A DNA stretch of 64,000 nt, taken from contig CAVQTC010000005.1 in assembly GCA_963716275.1 (NCBI GenBank), positions 40,959 to 104,958 on the forward strand. Direction: 5' to 3'. The position numbers and the translations under genes were made by a program. The notes beneath the pieces were generated by a model. It had not been told where the DNA came from. It saw nothing but the letters and a program-made list of their open reading frames with translations, and searched no databases. The stretch comes from an uncultured delta proteobacterium. Lineage in GTDB: Bacteria; Myxococcota_A; UBA9160; UBA6930. Shown here piece by piece: positions 58,455-64,000 of this stretch (its first letter is position 1; every line of letters begins with the position of its first letter).

Positions 58455-59621
58455 ATGGACTTTGCGCTCGGCCCCGAGCTCGAGTCGATCCGCCAGCAGG
58501 CGACGCTGCTCAGCGAGCGCTTCGACGACGAGTACTGGAGCGCGCACGACGAGAAGCACGAGTTTCCCTGGGAGTTCTACCGCGCCTTCGCCGAGCAGGG
58601 TTGGATCGGCATCCTCGTCCCCGAGGCCTACGGCGGAGCGGGGCTCGGCACGCTCCACGCCGGCACGCTCCTCAACGCGGTCGCGGCCAGCGCGGGCGCG
58701 CAGAATGCCGCGTCGGCTCTCCACCTCTCGATCTTCGGCATGGGGCCCGTCATCCATCACGGCTCCGAGGAGCTGAAGCGCCGCACGCTGCCCGCCACCG
58801 CGAGCGGGGAGCTGCACGTCTCGTTCGGCGTGACCGAGGACGATGCGGGCACCGACACGAGCCGCATCCGCACCTTCGCGCGCCCGCACGGCGACGGCTT
58901 CCTGGTGAGCGGCAAGAAAGTGTGGAACTCCAAGGCGAAGCAGGCGCAGAAGATCCTGCTGCTCGCGCGCACCACGCCGCGCGAGGAGTGCAAGCGGCCC
59001 CTCGACGGGATGACGCTCTTCCTCGCCGACCTGAATCCGAAGCACGTCCAGATCCGCGAGATCCCGAAGCTCGGCCGCAACGCTGTCAACTCGAACGAGG
59101 TCTACATCGAGGATCTGCCCGTCTCGGCGAGCGACGTCGTCGGCGAGGTGGGCCGCGGCTTCTACTGCCTGCTCGACGGTCTCAACCCCGAGCGCATCGT
59201 GATCGCCGCCGAGGCGGTGGGAATCGGCCGGCGCGCCCTCGACGTGGCGGCGCGCTACGCGAAGGGGCGCATCGTCTTCGATCGCCCGATCGGGAAGAAC
59301 CAGGCGATCGCCCACCCGCTCGCCGACTCGCTCTCGGAGCTCGAGGCCGCCGACCTGCTCTGGCAGAAGGCCGCCTGGACCTACGATGCCGGCCTACCCG
59401 CGGGGCCCCTCGCGAACATGGCGAAGCTGCGCGCCAGCGAGGCCGCCTTCCGCGCCTGCGACCGCGCGCTCCAGACCTTCGGCGGCTTCGGCTACGCGCG
59501 CGAGTTCCACGTCGAGCGCTACTGGCGCGAGTCCCGCCTCGCCCGCATCGCCCCCATCTCGAACGAGATGGTGCTGAACTTCATCGCGGAGCACGTGCTG
59601 GGGCTGCCGCGCGGGTACTAG
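58455..59621 (+). CDS. Acyl-CoA dehydrogenase
   Basis: 388 aa from ATG 58455, forming the tail of ORF 57261..59621. It contains FGVTEDDAGTD, GKNQAIAHPLAD and YAREFHVERYWRE. Confidence 0.85.
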   Translation: MDFALGPELESIRQQATLLSERFDDEYWSAHDEKHEFPWEFYRAFAEQGWIGILVPEAYGGAGLGTLHAGTLLNAVAASAGAQNAASALHLSIFGMGPVIHHGSEELKRRTLPATASGELHVSFGVTEDDAGTDTSRIRTFARPHGDGFLVSGKKVWNSKAKQAQKILLLARTTPREECKRPLDGMTLFLADLNPKHVQIREIPKLGRNAVNSNEVYIEDLPVSASDVVGEVGRGFYCLLDGLNPERIVIAAEAVGIGRRALDVAARYAKGRIVFDRPIGKNQAIAHPLADSLSELEAADLLWQKAAWTYDAGLPAGPLANMAKLRASEAAFRACDRALQTFGGFGYAREFHVERYWRESRLARIAPISNEMVLNFIAEHVLGLPRGY

Positions 59622-59624
59622 GAT

Positions 59625-59713
59625 GGGGACGTTCGTTTACGAAGTTTACGAGTGAGACGATTGCGCACGACTCCGAGCGGTCGTTCTCGTAAACTTCGTC
59701 AACGAACGTCCCC
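59625..59713. terminator. 89-nt imperfect palindrome (28-bp arms, 1 mismatch, 33-nt structured loop) at a convergent junction
   Basis: The left arm is GGGGACGTTCGTTTACGAAGTTTACGAG (59625-59652) and the right arm is CTCGTAAACTTCGTCAACGAACGTCCCC (59686-59713). An inner 5-bp stem pairs ACGAC with GTCGT. The element starts 4 nt after the ACAD stop. Confidence 0.6.
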
Positions 59714-60710
59714 TCAGAATCTCCGCGATGCGGGCGTCGTAGGCGCGGCGGGCGTCGCCGGGGACGGGCGGCGGCTGGAGGCAGAGCGAGTCGGCGATCT
59801 CGCGCAGCGGCTCGAGCTGGCGCGCGACGTCGGCCGGCGTGCCGCACACGACGAAGGTGCGCGCCATCTCGTCCGGCACGAGCTCGACTGCGTCGCGTCG
59901 GCCCGCGGCGACCGCCGCCTGGAGCGCGCGCGCCTCGGCGCCGAAGCCGTGCGCCGCGAAGTAGCTCTCGTACTGCGCGATCGAGCCGTAGAGTGCCACG
60001 TGGCTCTTCGCGTCGCGCACCGACTCCTGGGCATCGGGATTCGGCGCCACGACCTGCCAGAGGTTCACCTCGACCTGGGCGCGCTCGCGCCCGCTCTTGC
60101 GCAGCGCTTCGGCGTAGGGCCCGCGCACCTGCTCGAGCGCGTGGCGCACCGACCACGAGGGGTGACCGATCAGGCCGTCGGCGAGCTCGCCCGCCACGCG
60201 CACGAGCGGCTCGCGCAGCGCGGCAATCCAGAGCGGGAGGTTCGGGCGCAGCGGGCGCGGGAGCGCGAGCCGCGAGAAGTCGAGCCGCCAGAACTGGCCC
60301 TCGAAGCGCCCGGCCTTGCGCGCCTCGCCCGTCAGCAAGAGCTTGATGATGCGCGCCGCCTCGGCCATGCGCGCGACGGGTCGCGCATAAGCCGATCCGT
60401 ACTGCTCCTCGTGCATCCAGCCCACGCCGGTGCCGAGCCCGAGCGTGAAGCGGCCGCCCGAGAGCTGGTCGAGGTCGAGCGCGGCGAGCGCCGTCTCGAG
60501 AGGCGAGCGCGTGAAGGCGAGCGCGATCCCGGTGGCGAGACGGATGCGCTGCGTCGTCGCCGCGACCGCGCCGAGGGGAACCCACGGGTTCGAGGCGAGC
60601 TGGATCGAGAAGACGCCCTCGAGCCCCCGCGCTTCGGCGTCGCGCGCCTGCGCCACGGTGCGCTCCGCGGAGCGGGACGGAGCCAGCATGATCCATTGGC
60701 GCCCGCGCAT
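59646..60710 (-). CDS. LLM-class flavin/F420-dependent oxidoreductase
   Basis: 354 aa from ATG 60708-60710 (MRGRQWIMLAPS...), inside ORF 59646..62660. The last ~23 codons read through the palindrome, so the true 3' end may be near 59714. Confidence 0.72.
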   Translation of the reverse strand: MRGRQWIMLAPSRSAERTVAQARDAEARGLEGVFSIQLASNPWVPLGAVAATTQRIRLATGIALAFTRSPLETALAALDLDQLSGGRFTLGLGTGVGWMHEEQYGSAYARPVARMAEAARIIKLLLTGEARKAGRFEGQFWRLDFSRLALPRPLRPNLPLWIAALREPLVRVAGELADGLIGHPSWSVRHALEQVRGPYAEALRKSGRERAQVEVNLWQVVAPNPDAQESVRDAKSHVALYGSIAQYESYFAAHGFGAEARALQAAVAAGRRDAVELVPDEMARTFVVCGTPADVARQLEPLREIADSLCLQPPPVPGDARRAYDARIAEILRGRSLTKFTRTTARSRAQSSHS

Positions 60711-60845
60711 CCGGTCCTCGCTACTTGTTCGGGTCCTTTGCCTCGCGCCGAGCTTTCGCCAGCAATTTGCGCAAAAGATCCGTTGAGCGCAGCGCAAGCT
60801 TGGCACAGAATGCCGGCCGCCCGCACGCCCAGGAGATCCACACGC
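60711..60845. promoter_or_regulatory. Divergent control region (LLM gene and TonB receptor 2) with a perfect palindrome
   Basis: TTTGCGCAAA at 60766-60775 is a perfect 10-bp palindrome. Confidence 0.45.
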
Positions 60846-63294
60846 ATGCGACGAGCTCTCTTCGCCTCGGCCCTCGCCTTCGCCCTCGCGGCGCCCACCC
60901 TCGCGCAGGAGGCGAGCCAACCGCAACCGACGCCGGCCGCGCAGCCCGCGGCCGAGCCTCAGCGCGGCGGGGTCGAGGAGATCATCGTCACCGCCGAGAA
61001 GCGCGCGACGAACCTGCAGGAGACGCCGGTCGCGATCACCGCGATCACGAGCGACGCGATCGAGCAGCAGGGCATCGAGGACTTCAACGACGTTCAGTTC
61101 ATGGCGCCGGCGCTGGTCTACGGCGAGATCGCCGACATGGCGCAGATCACCATGCGCGGCATCGGCGTCGACATCTCGACGATCGACGCCGAGCCCGGCG
61201 TCGCGCTCCACCAGGACGGCGTCTACCGCGGCGGCCTGGTCTCCTCCTCGGCGCTCTTCTTCGACGCCGAGCGCGTCGAGGTGCTGCGCGGGCCCCAGGG
61301 CACCCTCTACGGCCGCAACTCGACCGGCGGCAGCCTGAACGTGATCACGAAGCTGCCGGGGGACGACCCTCGCCTCGAGGGCCACGTCCTCTACGGCGAC
61401 TACAGCCGCTGGCGCGCTGAGGTGGCCGGCGACCTCCCGTTGATTCCCGAGGTGCTGAGCGTGCGCGGCGCCTTCGCTTACGACTCGCGCGGGGGCTACA
61501 CCGACAACCACTTCACCGGGAACGAGGAAGACGACGCGCGCTACCGGCAGGCCAAGCTCGCGGCCGTCTTCACGCCCACCGAGAGCCTCGAGCTCGACTT
61601 CCGCTTCAACTGGCTCTCCAGCGACTACGGCGGCCCGCCCTTCATCAAGACCGACGACCACGCGGCGGCGCCTCTCTTCATCAGCGGCAACAACCCGGGT
61701 GGGGTCCTCGCGGGTTTGCCCGGCATCTCGCCTCCCGGCATCTGCTCTCCGGGAGCAGATCGGTTGAATCCGAATGGTGCGTGCAACAACACCAAGGACC
61801 CGCGCAACGTCTTCTACGAGGGCGACCAGGAGTACATCCGGGACGCCTGGGACTTCAACACGACCGTCACCTGGAATGCGACGGACGACATCGCGGTCAA
61901 GTGGATCTCGTCCTACCTCGATCTGGACCAGGACCTGAATCCGTCCAACAACGACGGCATCGACATCCAGCTCCTGACCGGCGACTACGAGCAGTTCAAT
62001 ACGGAGTGGTCGCAGGAAGTCGACGTGACCGGCAGCGCCTTCGACAGCCGGCTCGATTGGCTCGGCGGCTTCTTCTACTACCACGCCGACACGTCCGAGG
62101 TGTACCGCTACACGCTCCCGGCGCTGCAGATCACATACGAATGGCTGTTCTCCACGTTCCCCGGCCTCGGGTTCTGCGCTCCGACGCCGACCGGACCCAC
62201 CACGGCAACGCCTTCGAACTGTCTGGCTCTCTTCGGGACGAAGCTGGATGGCACGACGTCGCCGGTCCCCTTTCTGGAGTTCTCTCTCGACCAGGACCTG
62301 ACCTCCTGGGCGCTGTTCACCCAGGAGACCTTCCACGTCACCGACTGGCTGCGCGTGACGGGCGGCTTCCGCTGGACGAAGGACGAGAAGGTCGACGTTC
62401 ACTCGCAGGTGCTGAATCTCGGCGCTCCCGGCTGCCGCGACCTCGAGTCGACCCAGACCTGGAGCGAGCCCACGGGCAAGCTCGGCGTGGACGCCGACGT
62501 GGGCGAGGACACGATGGTCTACGCGAGCTACTCGCGGGGCTTCAAGGCCGGCGGCTACAACGTCGGCACCTGCGGCGACCTCTACGACCCGGAGTTCGTG
62601 AACGCCTACGAGATCGGCGAGCAAGACGACCTGGCTCGAGAACACGTTGCTCGTGAACATCTCGGCCTTCTACAACGACTACACGGACTACCAGGCCCGC
62701 CTGTTCGTGAACAACGCGGCGATCGTGGACAACGCCGCGGACGCCGAGACCTACGGCATCGAGGTGGAGTCGACGTGGGTCCCCGTGGAGGCCGCGCGCT
62801 TCGATCTCTCGGTCTCCTTCCTGAAGGCGAAGTTCAAGGAGTTCCTGGCCACCGACCCGATGAATCCGGATCAAGGCGCGAACTGCAATCTCGCGGGCCT
62901 CGACTGCCTGAAGGACGTCTCCGGCAAGAACCTGCTGCGCGCGCCCGAGTGGAAGCTCAGCCTCGCCGGGCAGTACGCCTTCGATCTCGGCAACCTCGGC
63001 ACGGTCACACCGCGCGCCGAGTACGCCTACACGAGCGAGCAGTTCCACACCGTCTTCAACAACGCGTTCGGCCGCCAGGAGGGGTACTCGATCGGCAACC
63101 TCCGCCTGATGTGGGATCTCCCCGAAGCCTGGGTGCACGGCGTCAGCTTCCAGGCCTTCGTCGAGAACATCGGCGACGTGGACTACGTGACGAACAAGGC
63201 GCCGAACGCGACGACGGGCAGCACGCTCTCGACCTTCGGCCCGCCGCTCACCTGGGGCGTGCAGCTCAACTACACCTGGGGCGGCAACGGCTAG
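60846..63294 (+). pseudogene. TonB-dependent outer-membrane receptor (paralog 2); one frame disruption
   Basis: Starts at ATG 60846 after AGGAG. The signal peptide is MRRALFASALAFALAAPTLAQE. Motifs include VEEIIVTAEKR, VLRGPQGTLYGRNS and GGFRWTKDEK. The C-terminal 215 aa are in ORF 62647..63294. The shift lies near 62619, and the span is 2449 nt (3n+1). Confidence 0.82.
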
Positions 63295-63458
63295 GAGCCA
63301 GACCCAAGATGGGCAAGCTCGCCTCGCCGCCGATCCATCGCCGCCAGCGGCGTTGCGCTCCCTGCGGCGTAACACACGCTACGCCTCGGTCGCGCGCCTT
63401 GCTGGCGGCGCGTCTCGGCGGCGAATGCTTCGCTTCCCATCTTGGGTCGGGCTCCTAG
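63291..63458. repeat. 168-nt extended imperfect palindrome filling a convergent intergenic gap
   Basis: The outer arms are CTAGGAGCCAGACCCAAGATGGGCAAGC (63291-63318) and GCTTCCCATCTTGGGTCGGGCTCCTAG (63432-63458), with one indel and one mismatch between them. Inner complementary blocks include GCCGCCAGC with GCTGGCGGC. Confidence 0.55.
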
Positions 63459-63461
63459 CGG

Positions 63462-64000
63462 CTAGCGCGCGATCTTGAAGTGATCGCGGATCAGCGCGAG
63501 CACCGCGCCGTCGGGAAGTAGCCGGCGGCCGAGCGGCACGAGCCGCGCGTCGGCGCCCACCGGGTAGCGGACGCGGGGCCGGCGCGCCGAGAGCGCGTGC
63601 AGGATCGCGCGCGCCGCGACCGCGGGCGGCGGCGCCTTCGGCAGGAGCTCGCGGATCACGCGCTCGGTGCTCCGGATCGCCGCGCCGTAGGGTGAGCGCT
63701 CGCGCGGCTCGCCCCAGTCGGTGGCGTCGTTGAAGGCTGGTGGCGAGGTCGCCCGGCTCGATCAGCGCGACGTGGACGCCGAAGCCGCGCAGCTCGTTGT
63801 GGAGCGAGCCTGCGAGGGCGTCCAGGGCGCCCTTGGTCGCCGAGTAGTGGGCCTGGAAGGGGATCGGCGCGCGCCCCGCGAGGGACCCCACGATCGCGAT
63901 GCGGCCCGCGCGCGCCTCGCGCAGCGGCGGGATCACGGCGCGCAGCGTGTGCAGCACCCCGAACACGTTGGTCTCGAACTGCGCGCGCGCGCGCGCCATC
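63462..64000 (-). pseudogene. SDR-family oxidoreductase, 5' end beyond the window; one frame disruption
   Basis: ORF 63379..63999 reads ...IAIVGSLAGRAPIPFQAHYSATKGALDAL...ALIEPGD (YxxxK). The C-terminus is in ORF 63462..63659. The shift lies near 63745. Confidence 0.7.

Noticed and set aside
59652-60845. The first 398 aa of the 1268-aa ORF 59652..63458
   Set aside because: This part is antisense to the LLM oxidoreductase and is low-complexity. The real TonB receptor begins at ATG 60846, which has an SD and a signal peptide.
63291-63458. The long inverted repeat considered as an IS element or MITE
   Set aside because: There is no transposase ORF, I see no target-site duplication, and only one copy is in the window. 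I kept it as a palindromic repeat of unknown class instead.
1-64000. CRISPR arrays, tRNA/rRNA genes, integrases, transposases and phage genes
   Set aside because: I found no short direct-repeat/spacer periodicity, no tRNA-like or rRNA-like segments, and no recombinase-like translations in the six-frame track. A covariance-model scan would be needed to be definitive for small RNAs.

Overview
High-GC (about 70% by eye) chromosomal segment from a Gram-negative-type bacterium (TonB-dependent receptors, PEP-CTERM protein, MMPL exporter). The lineage cannot be fixed from the sequence alone. I resolve about 58 protein-coding loci. I recognised no rRNA, tRNA, CRISPR array, transposase or integrase. 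There are two functional blocks. (i) 1-8344, minus strand: a tightly coupled nine-gene operon for a FAAL/ACP-primed type III polyketide synthase. Its core resembles the ftp/srs phenolic-lipid pathways, and it adds two membrane methyltransferase-fold proteins, a FAD hydroxylase, a YceI lipid-binding protein and an MMPL exporter. (ii) 8.5-64 kb: a paralog-rich catabolic island. It holds 2 orphan Rieske oxygenase alpha subunits, a P450, a Baeyer-Villiger monooxygenase (BVMO) plus a BVMO relic, 2 luciferase-like (LLM) oxidoreductases, a PhyH dioxygenase, 6 SDRs, and acyl-CoA ligase, dehydrogenase, hydratase and dehydratase genes. It also holds a fused double family-III CoA-transferase, 3 D-aminoacylase-family and 3 amidohydrolase_2-family hydrolases, 3 APH-like kinases and 2 TonB-dependent receptors. 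Three unusual tandem-duplicated (double) Lrp/AsnC regulators are interspersed. About 14 genes cannot be read in one frame as given, and the disruptions are strongly clustered: about 12 in the BVMO, at least 8 in one TonB receptor and none in many long neighbours. Either the local assembly has indel errors or there is recent, selective gene decay. Other non-coding signals are long perfect or near-perfect palindromes at three convergent gene junctions, and AT-rich promoter islands that share a TTGCGCA-like core. All coordinates come from the supplied ORF track plus manual frame tracing. No database search was possible, so family names rest on motifs I could read directly.
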